A stretch of DNA of 63,885 nucleotides, the filler included, from Craspedostauros australis (lineage: Eukaryota): the NCBI GenBank assembly GCA_030167865.1. It is 9 parts of 9 records of this genome, joined end to end, with 100 filler letters (N's around TTAATTAATTAA, not from the genome) between each part and the next. Parts side by side here need not be neighbours in the genome. Positions count along the whole stretch, not along the records: positions 1 to 17,771 come from JALAGF010002935.1; 8 more parts are not named here. The stretch is one strand, 5' to 3'. The position numbers and the translations under genes were made by a program. Numbering within the stretch: position 1 is the first letter of the stretch; every line of letters starts with the position of its first letter. The notes below the pieces were generated by a model. The model searched no databases. It was given only the letters and a program-made list of their open reading frames with translations, and was not told the DNA's origin. This document shows, piece after piece, positions 1-12,402 of the stretch.

Positions 1-1041
1 GGGGAGTAACTCCCTGGTGGATGGGATGAGCGCCCTGTGGTGTCCATTCATGAGGACATGCAGCAGGTACATACCGTACGAATGAATGCATGAGAGCACC
101 GAAGAGATTGAGACGATCTGACGAGCAGCAGAGCCACCGCATATCGAGGGGACCAAGCAGATACGGACGTTATTACCGGTTATTTGAGCGTTAGACTGGG
201 CACTTGCAGCTGAATCGTACGCAGCAGAGTAGAGACCACATGAGAGGTAATTGGCTCGTGCCTTGAGCTCATAATCCGTTGTTTACTTCCAATTCCATGC
301 CTTTTCCCAGTAGGAGAGTTTGGTGGAATGGAATCCCTCAACTTCACACGAGCCTTTTGCCTCTGTTGGATCCGCGGACGAACTCTCTTGGATACCGGTT
401 GGCTGAAGGCGTTCTGATGTCGTCGAAAGTCGTGGAGAACGTCGGCGGAAAGCGCGAAGGAGAACAATGTGACACTCAACGAGCTACACTTGGGTCTGCG
501 TTTTATGTCAATCGACACGCACGAATGCATACAGCAAGAAGATGGCGAAAGACACGAAGCAAGAGGGAACACTTGGCTGTTGATGTGATGTCTGTCCCGG
601 CTGTCTGTTTGACCATATTCAGTCTTGATGATAGTCTGTTCCTGTTTCCACACAACAAGCAACAAGTACGCAAACAGACATATACACCGGTTACTACCGT
701 TATTCTCATCCTCTAACTTCATCTGCTCGATAGACTTCGGACTGCTTCATCCAAGAGAGACCTTGCCACAGAGCCTTGTTCACACAACACTCCTCGCTCC
801 ACTAACTTGACGCGCATGTGTGCACATGTGTGTATGTTTGATTTACAAAACTTCATGTGTTTTACTATCAGACTTCGTTAACTGTATTGTGGGGGACATA
901 GAATGAATGCGCTCGACCAACTCTCGTGCGGCGCGTTGATCTCATCCATTTCAGGATGAGAGACGCGTTCCAGGAGAATGTGCTGCGCGTTCGGTAGAAT
1001 AGTTGGTACGTCAACGTCCTGCAAGAACGAGCAGAGCTCGA

Positions 1042-2766
1042 TTACTGGAATTCCTGACGGATCTGTTCCGTGGCTTCCAACGAGAATTTGGTGACGGACC
1101 CGCGACGCTGCGCACGCTGCGCACGCTGACGCCGTGGCGGCTGTGCTTGTTCGTGCGCATGCGCAGCGGTCTCCGGACTCACGGTGCTCGCCATTTCTCG
1201 CGAGATGTCCTTGACAGGCGCTGGCGCGTCGTCGGTACCTTGCTTGAGGTTGCTGCTGCTGTTGCTGCGCGACATGAGCTTGCGGTTGGAACGTCGGAAG
1301 GCGCCGAAGAGCATGTTGAGCGACTTCTTGCCCAGCAACCGGTGCTTCTTCGTCTTGTGCGGCGACACGGGAGGATTGCTGCCGTTCGTTGACGATGTCG
1401 TGCACGTCGCGAAGCTCTTCTCTTCCGTGGACTTGCTGTTGTTGTTTTTGTGCGCCGAGTGCTGCGCGATGTGCTGGTGCAGGAGATTGGGGTTGTGGAA
1501 CTCATCGAGGAAGCGTTGCTCCTGCTGTCGCTTGTGCTGCATCATCATGTCGAGCGAGGACCGTCGCTTCTGTTTGGTGGGCGACCGCAGCGCTTCAAGC
1601 GCGGCGCCGTCGACCTTTTGCTTGGCCTTCTGTACTGGCGTACATGGAAGGGAAGAGCTCTTGTGTTCGATGATGTGCTGCTGCTGCTGCTCCTGCTGCT
1701 GATGTTGTTGCTGATGCTCCTTGATGGCTTCCGCAGCTTCCAGGGAGAACTTGGTGACGGAGCATCGTCGGCGATGCATGCGTCTGCGGTTTGGTGCGGG
1801 CTTCGGTGACTCGTACCCGTATTCGTAACCCAACGCTGATGCGTCGGCAGAGTTCGTGGGCCTTGACGAGTCCGTGTTGACCGTGGTTGCAGTCGTTGTG
1901 CTGACGATGGACTGAGCATGCTCTATCGGGGCGCGGTGGATCGGTCTCTGCGTGGCGGCAGCGTGATCTGGCTTTGGCTGGTGCTGCTTTGGCTGTTCTT
2001 GAAGCTTGTGCTGCTGATGCTTTTGGCGCAACCGCCATTTCTTCTTCTCGCGCAGCCTCTCCTTGACGCGTTGCTGTTCGCGCTCTCTTGACATGATCAA
2101 CGTGGAGGAGTCCAGAGACCCGCGGCGTGGGTACTTGGCATGCTTGGTGCTGGCTTGCGCCTGATCACCAGAAGAGGGGAACACGGCGAGCATGGAGGAT
2201 GGCTTGGCCTCTTGGCTCGCATCCATGATCAAGGACGACGTGGAATGCGCCATCTCCTGCTTGTGACGGGCGACATCGTTGTCGTCGAAGTCGTTGGCGC
2301 AGTCATCCTCTGGATGGTCAAGGCTGCAAGCCGAGCCATGCAGGTTGGAACTGTTCGGCTGCCGTTCCTGTCGGAATGCTTGGACCATGGCGGCATGGGG
2401 CTCGGCTATCTCGTAGCCGTAGATGTCTCTGGCTCGGCTGGCGTGGCCTTTCCTGCCGCGCGATTGGCCTTGGAGACGGGACGCCTCAGCATGCTCATGC
2501 TCATGTTCATGATGCGCATGGTGCTGGGCCTGCGCCGATGGATCAAGCGAATCGATGGCATCAAAGTCCAGGCCGGCATCGACGCTGACGGTGCGGATGC
2601 GGGATGGCATCGACAGGCTCTCGTTCGTGGACAGCTTGGACGTGCCGCAGACAGGGCCGTCATCTGCCGTCTCCGGGCGTTGTTGCATCCTGCGTCCCTG
2701 ACATTCGTTCGGTTGTATCAGGTTCAGCGCGTGGGTGTTGGCGCCGCTGCTGATGTCGTTCATCAT
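1042..2766 (-). CDS. Low-complexity (Q/H/S-rich) hypothetical protein with a repeated RRxSVTKFSLEA motif
   Basis: 574-aa ORF from ATG. RR[C/G]SVTKFSLEA occurs twice, plus RRGSLD and RRSSLD. No recognisable folded domain. Confidence 0.7.
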   Translation of the reverse strand: MMNDISSGANTHALNLIQPNECQGRRMQQRPETADDGPVCGTSKLSTNESLSMPSRIRTVSVDAGLDFDAIDSLDPSAQAQHHAHHEHEHEHAEASRLQGQSRGRKGHASRARDIYGYEIAEPHAAMVQAFRQERQPNSSNLHGSACSLDHPEDDCANDFDDNDVARHKQEMAHSTSSLIMDASQEAKPSSMLAVFPSSGDQAQASTKHAKYPRRGSLDSSTLIMSREREQQRVKERLREKKKWRLRQKHQQHKLQEQPKQHQPKPDHAAATQRPIHRAPIEHAQSIVSTTTATTVNTDSSRPTNSADASALGYEYGYESPKPAPNRRRMHRRRCSVTKFSLEAAEAIKEHQQQHQQQEQQQQHIIEHKSSSLPCTPVQKAKQKVDGAALEALRSPTKQKRRSSLDMMMQHKRQQEQRFLDEFHNPNLLHQHIAQHSAHKNNNSKSTEEKSFATCTTSSTNGSNPPVSPHKTKKHRLLGKKSLNMLFGAFRRSNRKLMSRSNSSSNLKQGTDDAPAPVKDISREMASTVSPETAAHAHEQAQPPRRQRAQRAQRRGSVTKFSLEATEQIRQEFQ

Positions 2767-5160
2767 GGGGATGCTCTCGAGGTGTGCTCGTCTTTCTTTG
2801 TGAGCATGTGGGTGGGTGGGTGTGAGTGAGTGAGTGAGTGAGTGAGTGTCAACTTCTTCTGCTGCTGCTGCTGCTGGTGTTGTGAGCGTTGTGGCGGTGG
2901 CTTGTCAACGTTGTTGGTGCTGATGCAAAGTCGCGGGCACTCTCTCGATGTGCCGAATTCGCGTGCAGTCTTGTGACACAGTTGACTGGTTTCGCGTTTG
3001 GATGAAAGTAGTTTACGCGGTGGTTGCTGTTCTCGCGAGATTTAGAGGCAGGGCTATTGTATTGTCCGCGTGCAGCGCCGTCCATTAACTATTGTGGGTG
3101 CTGGTGTCACGCTCCCCTTTGTTCTGTTTGGTGTTGATGTTGAGCACCCTTGTGTTGCTCGACGTGGTGGTTTTCGCCAAATGCTGTCCCTTCAGCACCT
3201 CTTGTGATTGCGCTGTTGTCGTTGTTTGTTTTGTGGCTTTGCTCGAGAGGTTGGTGCGGATCCTGTGGTTGTTGGGCAGTGGCGATGGCCGAGATGATGA
3301 TGACGACGATGGCGACGATGATGCAACCAACACTGTGAGAAAGTCACGGCAAGAATCGCAGCGGGTTGGTCTTGGTTGCGATGCTCAATCCCTTTGCGGA
3401 CACAATCCATCGACGCACATCCAGAGAAAACGAAAGAGTCAGACAGGAGTCGGCGTTGTGTTGACTGCTCTTTTTGCTCTTGCGTCTTGTGTCTCCTTGT
3501 TGTTGCGCTTTTTACGCACCTTCGTTCTGTCTGTTGTGACACGACAGACAGCAAATGGAAATAAACCCATCAACGTCACATGACACCAAACAGAGATGTC
3601 CAACAAAGGCGGCATAATTATCGGGGAAACGTTCTCGGCTTCCACGGTGATGTCAAAGTCATTTGTGTACGTATTGGTCTTTTTCACGCGCGCGTCTGGT
3701 CCCGCTCACAAAATGCCAAGCTTCATCGACCACGGTCCGACAGTCCTCTTCCAGCAACAACGACAGCAAGATCAACAACACAACGACGCTCATGTCTCTG
3801 TCAGATGGAGACTTGACAACAACCAGAAGGACATGCGACTGGGAGACATTTCCCACATGCTCGTATTTCAAGAGGAAACACACGAGCACGATACTCGAAT
3901 GTAGAGCACCATCCTTCTCCCACCAACAATCAATCATCACAACCGCAATGTCTCAGACGCGCAAAATCACACCAACTCGATCGACTTTGTGTCTCCGGCA
4001 CCTCCAATCGCTTTGGCCATGCCTCTCTTGCATTCATGTGCCAGATCAACGCGCGAAGAAAGAGTACTCTGCCTTGTACTCGACCTTCTTTGTACTACTC
4101 CTTCCAGTTTATCCGTGGAGCGATTGCAAGATCATCGAGATTCTCGCCCACCACTTGCCTCCAAGCCGTGGGTGCAGCGGGTCATCATTCTGGCTTCTTG
4201 TTCTATCGTGCTGCGTCTTATCTGTTTCTCGCTGCTGCCCCAAAGGAGTTGTTCGGATGCATCCTTGCGTTCGCTCATTCGAGCGATGGTTGATGCCACG
4301 ATGCTTTGTTGGCCGTACGGGCTTGTCTTCGTTGCCATAGATGTTGCTTCCGATGAGGTTCCAAGACCTCTCACGGTCACGGCATTGCGGTTTCCAGGAT
4401 AATTGTGAAGACTCTTTTGTTCTTGTCCCGTCAACTCCAAAAACGAACTGCGGGTACTACCATGCGATGCTCAACCCAAGAGAGGCATGACCACTGTCTC
4501 CGCTTTGGTGTTCTTGGGGGGCATCGGAGTCTGCCAAGAGGCCAACTCCTCGCCGTAATCGTCATCATCTTTCTTGCCTGCCCCCTCTCCAGAGATACTC
4601 CACGAATACGAGTAAGAAACGAGACGAAGCCGAAGAGCGCGGGGGTGTTGCGTGCATTGCAATAACCAGGTATGGGATCCTCGCGCGCTGAACCAGTACT
4701 TCCTCACAACGCCGCGTAGAAGCTTTCTAAACGAGATGGAGAACAAAAGGTCTCCGCAGCTTCTCAGCTTGCCCCCGAGGTTGTGTCCTGTTGGACATGT
4801 CCATCTTGGCGTCGCCCCCCTTTTCGGTCACACCTTCCCACCATCTCACCACCAAAAACGAAGTCCGTGGCACGACGCTGGTTTCTACACTCGGATGGGT
4901 AGCTTCTTTTTGTTGGGTGCTGATTGCAGTCTATCGCCGCGTCTGTGCAATCCACACTCCTTCGATTGACGTGCCCTATGAACCATGCTAATAGCACCAT
5001 GCGTTCTCTATCCACGAGCATGCCCACGTGTACGAGGAGGTCAATCTTCTTTCGAGAGGACACAGATCGATCTGTATTTTACGCTGTCAACATGCGATGT
5101 AATACACGTGTATAATACTAATGTATATTAGCATGCTCCAAACGTCAAGTATCTTCAAGA

Positions 5161-7984
5161 TCATGACCCGGATCTGTAACCATCGAACCTCTCATCGAAG
5201 GATTCGCTTCGTTCGACATCTGCATCTGCGCGATCAAGAGGTCTCTTGTCCACAAGCTCCGTCTTTGCCTCCGCCGCTGCCTCTCCATCACCTGTGCTCT
5301 CCGTACCTTCGAATTTGTCGGCAGTTGGAGCGCAATTTGGGTTGTCCATGATTCCCAATTCTATCTGCCCATCTACATCCTCCTCCGTGCCTGATCGATG
5401 ATCGCCAGTCTCTTCACCATCGTCATGGTAGAATTTCTCTTCGCTTCCACTGTCGCCACCGTCGCTGCACGATACATCTTCCGGAAGCTCGTCGATTGTG
5501 ACTGTCGCTTCCCGGATGGCCACCGACGAATGATTCGAGTTGTAGATGAGCATTCGAGGATTCGAGGATGCCGATGATTCAAAGACCACAGAAGCATTTG
5601 TCGAAGCGGGAGCGCCGAATCTGCTGAGCGATGTGGTGGAGGTTCCTGGGCCCATGAATGAACGGAATCTCCTCGACTTGTTGCCCATGCTACGGTGCGT
5701 ATGTTGGGTTTCATCGCGCGGCTTGCCCGACAGCGCTGATCTGCGGACGTAGACAAGGAAATTGAAGAATCCTTGGATGGGCGAGATCAACGTCATGAGG
5801 GCGAGGACGTGGTAGTTCGAAGGCAACAGGTCGATGAAATGTGATGATACCAGGATCGGGAATGGCACGTAGAAAGCCATTAGATACCAGAACGACTGCC
5901 AGAACACCTGCGTCGCCATTACATTGTTTCTTGCTTCCCTATTCGTCGCGAATTCCTTGGGACGGAATCTCCATCTGGAAGATGACTTTTCCAGCTGAAA
6001 CACGGAGCAGAAGGTGGCGATCGTTGCCGCCGTGGTTCCGAGCAAGGTGAGAGAGAGAGAGGGATCAGGTTGAATACGAGCAGCGGAATCCATGACTCAA
6101 GCAACGGCGGTCCGGTGACGTAGCAGGAATTCAGCAACGGTTCATAGTACCGGATGCCCGCGATCGCCATCACCAAACCTACGGTCAGTATCGTGGCATG
6201 GCTCATCCTTCGGAACATGCCGAGCTGCGACTCTCTCCACCCCCGTGACACGGCCAGCCAAAAGTTGACCGACAGCGCCAAGTTGTAGAACCAAGACGAA
6301 AACGAGAATTGCAACATCACACCTTGGATTTTGCATGTCGTTTCTGTCCCGCTTGCTTCGAACAGCTCGCTCTCCTCTGGCAGGAAGAAGCTTCCGAAGA
6401 TGTAGGCAATGGAACCGATGAGATCGCATGCGCTGACTCCCAGCATCAGTTGCTGATATGTACGTCCCCATTGGGATGGATCTCGAAGGATGCTCACGAT
6501 GATAAAGGAGGATCCCTGTTGTGGACATCGTTGATGTTGGTGTGGATGGTCGTGTGGATGGTGGTGATGGTGAGCAGGTAATGCGGATGGTGAGTGCTCG
6601 AGTCGGGCAGAGCACGGGAAGGGCGAGCAATCACGATGACGATTGTGGCGAGTGTATGGTACAAGCTTGGGCGTCACAACGAGCACCAACTGCTGTTCCA
6701 GCGTATCGGAATGCCATGCCATACATAGTCTGAACTTACCAGGAATGATAGAATGCCTCCAATCCGCTGGCACCAAGCCAACGTGGCAAGTTTCGGGTTT
6801 GGTTCGCAACCGCAGGCATGCCGCTTCAGCTGGCTGTCGAAGCATCCTTCCGAATCAACCTCCAACGACGTTTGCAGAAACGCGTCCATGACATCGCACG
6901 TCATCCCCTCCCGCTCTAGCAGATCCGCTTGATCCGGGTCGGTGCCGTACTCGATCAGGATGTTCCGGTTGAACCATCGAATTCGCTTTTTCGGGTAGGG
7001 CACCGGGACCCCTCCGGGACACATGTGACAGCTGTTGGGCAGCGCGGGACAACCGCAGTACGTGCTCAGCATCTTCGCGGATTGGCACAACCCGTGGCCT
7101 TCGACGAGCATGTGAGCAGCCTCCTCCATCTCACCACACGTTTGAAAGGGGAATGCGATGCCGTCAATCTCCAAGATCTTGTCCGGGAACGCTATTCTGT
7201 CCGTCGGTTCCGCGCACATGTTGCACTGCGTCGCATCTCCTGGACGATCGGCATCGGTGGGGTTACCCTCAGTAGAGTTTGAGGGCCTCTCGCCAACAAT
7301 CGGATCCGTGACGGTGCCGTCATCCTGCGGATTATGTGTTGGTGGAGACGTTGGCGGGGTGTCAGTCTCCTCGTCGGTCACATTGGCGCACACGCATTCC
7401 GATGCCCACCACGATGGTGACGACGCGTCGGCGAGATACGTTGATTGGCAAGTATCCGAAGAGAGCTGTTCCGAATTCAGGATGGATTCCAGCAATCCGC
7501 ATGTTGCCTCCATGCCAGGCGGCATTTCCTGCAGGTCGTCGGGCAAGCTTGATACATCAAGCACGTGGTTTGGGTTTCGTATCAGCGATACGATCTTTTC
7601 GTCTTGCTGCTGTGGTTGCTGTTCCTGCCGTGTTGGCGAGACGTTGCAAATGGAGCAGCGTGCTCCTGCTGTTGCAGCATCCACAGCACAACCACACAGC
7701 GTGGCAAACCTCCTTATACCCTGGCAATTAGTTGATTCCTCATCTCCGACAAACCCGATGACGCTCTGCAACGCGGCGCAATCCTTTAGAGGGACTGGAC
7801 TCGAAAGGCCGAGATGCTGTTCCGGCCTTGTGATGTCGCTGCCGTCCGGGCATATCGTGCAGGGAGCAGCGTGGACTCTCTGGTGCTCGCCATAGCCGCC
7901 GAGAACGAGAAGGAGAGTAAATTGAACGCCGACGACGTTGATGGCACCTCGTTGGAGCATGCTGCCGGCTCGTTTCATGATCAT
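5161..7984 (-). CDS. 7TM GPCR (cAMP-receptor/Git3-like) with an N-terminal Cys-rich repeat ectodomain; one intron and an apparent 2-nt frameshift
   Basis: Hydrophobic N-terminus and four CxxC...C...C..CGC-type repeats. Phase-0 GT-AG intron 6739-6516 joins GGILSFL to GSSFIIV. TM motifs YQQLMLGVSACDLIGS, TCKIQG, YNLALS, QSFWYLMAFY, PIQGFFNFLVY. The frame changes at the (GA)6 tract 6049-6060. Start codon approximate. Confidence 0.8.
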
Positions 7985-9086
7985 GCTGATGCGACAGTTC
8001 AGTTTTTGTGACGACAGCTCGCCTGGGAACAGCACCAGCGGCGTTGATTGTGGTGAACAATCGCTTGGGCGACGAAGATGGATTCACGAGCAGCGCGAGC
8101 GACGCGAGAGCCGATGGAGGTGAAGATGACGGCGACGATAGCGCCGACATCATGCGAACAATGGGAGCGATGGTGACAAAAAAACGTGACGGGCGAAGAA
8201 TCGGGATCGACAGGGCCGAAACGCTCCATGTTGGCGGGAGAAGCAAGGATCTTGTGGCCATGACCAGAAAAGGAAACTCTCCGCGACCACCGTTGTCGCT
8301 TGTCTTCCTCGTCGACTTCACGTTATGGTTGGTAGCTTGTACGTGGCTGTGTTCCATGTTCTGTCCGATGCGCACCAAAGCGCTTTGGACCCTCAGTCCA
8401 TGTTCGCGCGAGCATGTTGCCTCACCAGAGAATCCGAACAAGAGAAAAAAATCCTAGATTGTGTCGGTGAAGCTGTGGTCCCAACAGGTTTCCTTATCGT
8501 GATGTCATGATGAATTCGTGAACCAAAGACAATGGAAAAGTCATTATTAATAAGTGTACCACGTCATTCAATTGAAGTTCTTGGATTTGGTCGATCGAGT
8601 CGAACCGCGTCTCCAAACGTGGACAAAAATACCAAACGTGCTCGTGAATCAAACATCAAACATCCAAATTCTCCAAGATCATATGACATTTCCAAAACTT
8701 CACCGAGGTCCGCCGACACACCCAACCATACCATCTCGCTGTTTCGTCACTCCAAGTATGGTCGTTGGTGGCGATACCCTCTTGATTGCTTTGCCAGGAG
8801 ACAGTGTGAGACGAACTCTCTGGAAAGTAACCAGATCGTGCAACGCAGCGGAGCGGAGTGGAATGAAGGCTCTCTGGTTTGGCCAGTGTGTTGGTTGCTT
8901 GTTGTTGCCTGAGGCGGAAGGGCAATTGGCCGCAATCTGCATCAGCGAGGCAGCTCTGATTTCATTTCATTTCACGGTTCGCCAGCACACGACATCAGAC
9001 CCTCCCCATTCATCACAGTCGACCATTCAGAATCGGAAGAAGCACCATCCATCCCCGTCCACAACATCCAACATCCAACAACCAAG

Positions 9087-10088
9087 ATGAAAGACAGCGA
9101 CGCCAAACCACAAACCGCCCGACTTGCATGGGAAGATGAGCTTCGATCCGGCAAGCTCGAACGTAGCACCTCGGTGTTTCGGCACGTCATTGCAAGTTCG
9201 GACGGCGACGAAGCGCAATACCCGCCCGAAGGCAACGGGCGCTACCATCTGTACTTATCGAAGGCCTGCCCGTGGGCCAGCCGAATAGAGATTGCGGTCC
9301 GGTTGACCGGATTGATCCCTCGCATCGGCATGACCTTCGTCGACCCGATCTTTCAACCCATCGGGGAGGGTCGAACGGGTTGGGTGTTCTCCAAAGAGTT
9401 CCCTGATGATCTTACGCACAAGGCGACGCTGTACGAAGTCTACTTGCACTATCATCCGGATTTCACTGGCAAGGCGACGACGCCCATGTTGTTGGATACC
9501 AAGACGAAGACCATCGTGAGCAACGAGAGCAAGGACATTCTCAAATCCATTTGCTGGGGATTCCGGAAGCTGCATGCGCCGAACACGCCCGACTATTTCC
9601 CCATGGAACGGTTGCCGGACTATGAATCATGGCTGGGAAAGCTGTACGATCCGTTGTTGAATGGTGTGTACAAGGTCGGCTTCACCACGAGCCAAAGCGA
9701 CTACGATGCAGGCATCAAGGCCATGTTTGACGTGCTGGATGAGGTGGACGCGCATCTGGGCAAGAACAAGTGGATGCTGGGCGACGAGTTCTCCGTGGTT
9801 GATCTGATCCTGGGCGTGACGCTGTGCCGGTTCGATGCCGTGTACTACGTCCACTTCATGTGCTGCAAGAAGCACATTCACGAGTACGAGCATCTATCTA
9901 ACTACGTGCGCTGCTTCTATCAACAGGAGCACGTGAAGGCGTCGGCCGATTTGGAGAGCTGCAAGCAGCATTACTTCCAATCGCATCACGTGATTGCGCC
10001 GAACAAGATCGTCGCCGTGGGGAATGCCAACTCAAGTCTAGATCTTCCCCACAATCGGGAGGAGCTCTTTCCATCACCGACGAACTAA
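9087..10088 (+). CDS. Glutathionyl-hydroquinone reductase (Xi-class/omega-like GST, YqjG/ECM4 family)
   Basis: GRYHLYLSKACPWASR active-site motif, TTPMLLD...IVSNES, NGVYKVGF, RFDAVYYVHF, KQHYFQSH. Intronless 333 aa. Confidence 0.92.
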   Translation: MKDSDAKPQTARLAWEDELRSGKLERSTSVFRHVIASSDGDEAQYPPEGNGRYHLYLSKACPWASRIEIAVRLTGLIPRIGMTFVDPIFQPIGEGRTGWVFSKEFPDDLTHKATLYEVYLHYHPDFTGKATTPMLLDTKTKTIVSNESKDILKSICWGFRKLHAPNTPDYFPMERLPDYESWLGKLYDPLLNGVYKVGFTTSQSDYDAGIKAMFDVLDEVDAHLGKNKWMLGDEFSVVDLILGVTLCRFDAVYYVHFMCCKKHIHEYEHLSNYVRCFYQQEHVKASADLESCKQHYFQSHHVIAPNKIVAVGNANSSLDLPHNREELFPSPTN

Positions 10089-10545
10089 GTACTCGTACAA
10101 GTAGAGATACCATGCACTAATACTAACTAATACTTGTGGAGTTGGACAACACTCGTGTGAGTAACCTTGTGAGTAACAGTTGAGCAATGACAACGAAATG
10201 GCTACTTGTGCAGGCGCAGGATGTTGTGCAAAGGACGGCGCGAAGGTGAATGGAGTATGCACTACTTCTCGTAGTGTTAGCCACGAATTCTAGCATTAGA
10301 GCCGTCTGACTTCATGTTGAGGCAACGTAGCAGCGGTCTGATTGAAATGATTGCGCTCGCTGCGGACTGGTGTGGATCGACGATCTGCACGTGTCCTCGC
10401 GTGCGAATAGCATATACGCTCTGCTATGCTGTGATTGCTTCTGTCATTGAGATGCGTGGATGAGTGTTCATCTGCGTGCATCCATCATGCTGCATACTAC
10501 ATACCACATGGTGCCTCAGTTCGTCGATATATGCTCCTTCGATTA

Positions 10546-11460
10546 TTACATGTCGTCGTCATCATCATCATCTTCATCTTCCGCCGTCGTCCCGAATGCT
10601 TGGATGCCCAGCACCGCAGTGATGCCCATCATCGGGACGAGCAGCACGGTCAATGGTTGCAACGGCCACAGGAACATCTTGAAGGCCACGACTATGTAGC
10701 GCTTCCACATGCCAAAGTAGTTCTTGTAGAAGGTCATGTGACGGTTGAGGAAGGAGAGCATGCCCACGAGGATGGTGAGCAAGGCCGAGGATGTGAACAT
10801 GTTCATGCGCTTGGCCGACACGCCTTCCTCCTTCTTGGGGATCATGAGCTCCAAGGCCACGCTGGCCAGCCAATGGAAGAGACCCTGCAGGAAGGTGATG
10901 CGGCTGGTCAGGTACTCGAACTCCCAGTTGCTCTTGAGGAATCCCATCGGGGAATTGAAGCTAAGGTCGACCAGCTGCGAGGCATCGCCGTGGCTCAGCA
11001 GCATGGTGCCCGTGACGGTCGTGACGAAGATGCTGATGATCTCCAACCCGAAGCTCGTGAGGAGAAGGAAGCGGGTCATCTTCTTCGCGATGCGGACGAC
11101 CCGCGTGTCGCTCTTCTTGGGGGACATGTCGCCGCGGCTCTCGACCATGGTGGCCAGCACGGCGCCAGCAACCAGCGCGGCGGGTGCGCCGAGGTTGGCG
11201 GTCCATTCCCATGTGTCGAAGAGCAGCTGCGCATCAACGCCGCGGGCTTCGCCGTAGAACAGAGCCGTGGAGCCATGCGAGTGGGTTTCCTTGCCGTCTC
11301 TGGCGAATGAGGAAAGCTGCGCTTGTGTCTGCGCTTGTGGGTTGGGCAACGGCGAAGCTCGGACTGTCTGCGCGAGGTTCATGCCATTTGGGGCGAAGGC
11401 GCAAGTGTCGTGCAATCCCGCCAAAGCAACAGTCGCAACCAGCAACAGGGTGGGCATCAT
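10546..11460 (-). CDS. Plastid-targeted multi-pass membrane protein of unknown function
   Basis: Signal peptide MMPTLLLVATVALAG followed by the ASAFAP-type motif CAFAP and a transit-like segment; about 5 hydrophobic helices; acidic C-terminal tail. Alternative ATG at 11490. Confidence 0.75.
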   Translation of the reverse strand: MMPTLLLVATVALAGLHDTCAFAPNGMNLAQTVRASPLPNPQAQTQAQLSSFARDGKETHSHGSTALFYGEARGVDAQLLFDTWEWTANLGAPAALVAGAVLATMVESRGDMSPKKSDTRVVRIAKKMTRFLLLTSFGLEIISIFVTTVTGTMLLSHGDASQLVDLSFNSPMGFLKSNWEFEYLTSRITFLQGLFHWLASVALELMIPKKEEGVSAKRMNMFTSSALLTILVGMLSFLNRHMTFYKNYFGMWKRYIVVAFKMFLWPLQPLTVLLVPMMGITAVLGIQAFGTTAEDEDDDDDDDM

Positions 11461-12402
11461 GGTGTTGTGCGATACAAATACAGTCCGCATCTTCTTCGAT
11501 CTTCTTTGATGTGATGTGATGTGATGTGATGTGATGTGACGTGATGAGGTGTGGAACGATATCGTGTGATGTGTTGAATGGTATTGAGATGAGATGTGAT
11601 GTGATGCGTGATGAAACAAGCCATAAAAAGATACGGAACCTCGTAGATGCCGATAAGAAGCCGTGTCAACACTCACCATCATCTGTGATGTTTCTCTCTC
11701 TCTCTCTCTCTGTTCTGCTCTTCTGGCTTCGCTCGCGCAGCAGAATTGCATCTCGTGATGCCATCGAGACGTTGCTCTTGATCGGCAGCGACTTTGCCAT
11801 TCCGTCGGTATCTTTCATGGAACGTCGGATCATGGATCTGATCGCCACTCTTGACACATTCGACTCATTCGAACACATACCATTCACAGGACTCACACAT
11901 CGGGACTCCAACCGGCGGACACATACGAACGATGTCTGTCCGATTGGCGCTTGTTCTTCATTTTGGTCATCTTCCGTTTGCTTTCGCTTGAGACAGGCGA
12001 AATCCGTGACTGGACGCAACTGTGAATTGTCCATCTGCGACTGTTTTCTCCTTTTTCTCCGTTCGCACGAAACAAGATCGGATTGGGACAACACGAACAC
12101 GTACCTACGCACACAATCCTGGGACATGTCTGTGCAGAAGGAGGAGTGTTGCGCCGATGGCCGGCGTGTAGCTCGTACGCCCGTTCGCTGACATCGTGCA
12201 TCAATGGCAGAAGTACTGGAGCGCACAATCCATAGCGGGAGTGCAATACTAATACAGAGTGCTTGCGTGATACTGCAACTCACAGATTCGAAAGGAATCT
12301 CATAATTCGGCATCTGCCTGACGCATCATCACAAACGCTCAACACAGCTCTCGCACAAGGGATCAAACAACATACTCGTACGCATCCCGTCGTGAAGGCA
12401 AG

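Noticed and set aside
180..5115. Short ORFs at 180-810 and 2849-5115
   Set aside because: No recognisable domains; they are overlapping chance ORFs in intergenic or low-complexity DNA.
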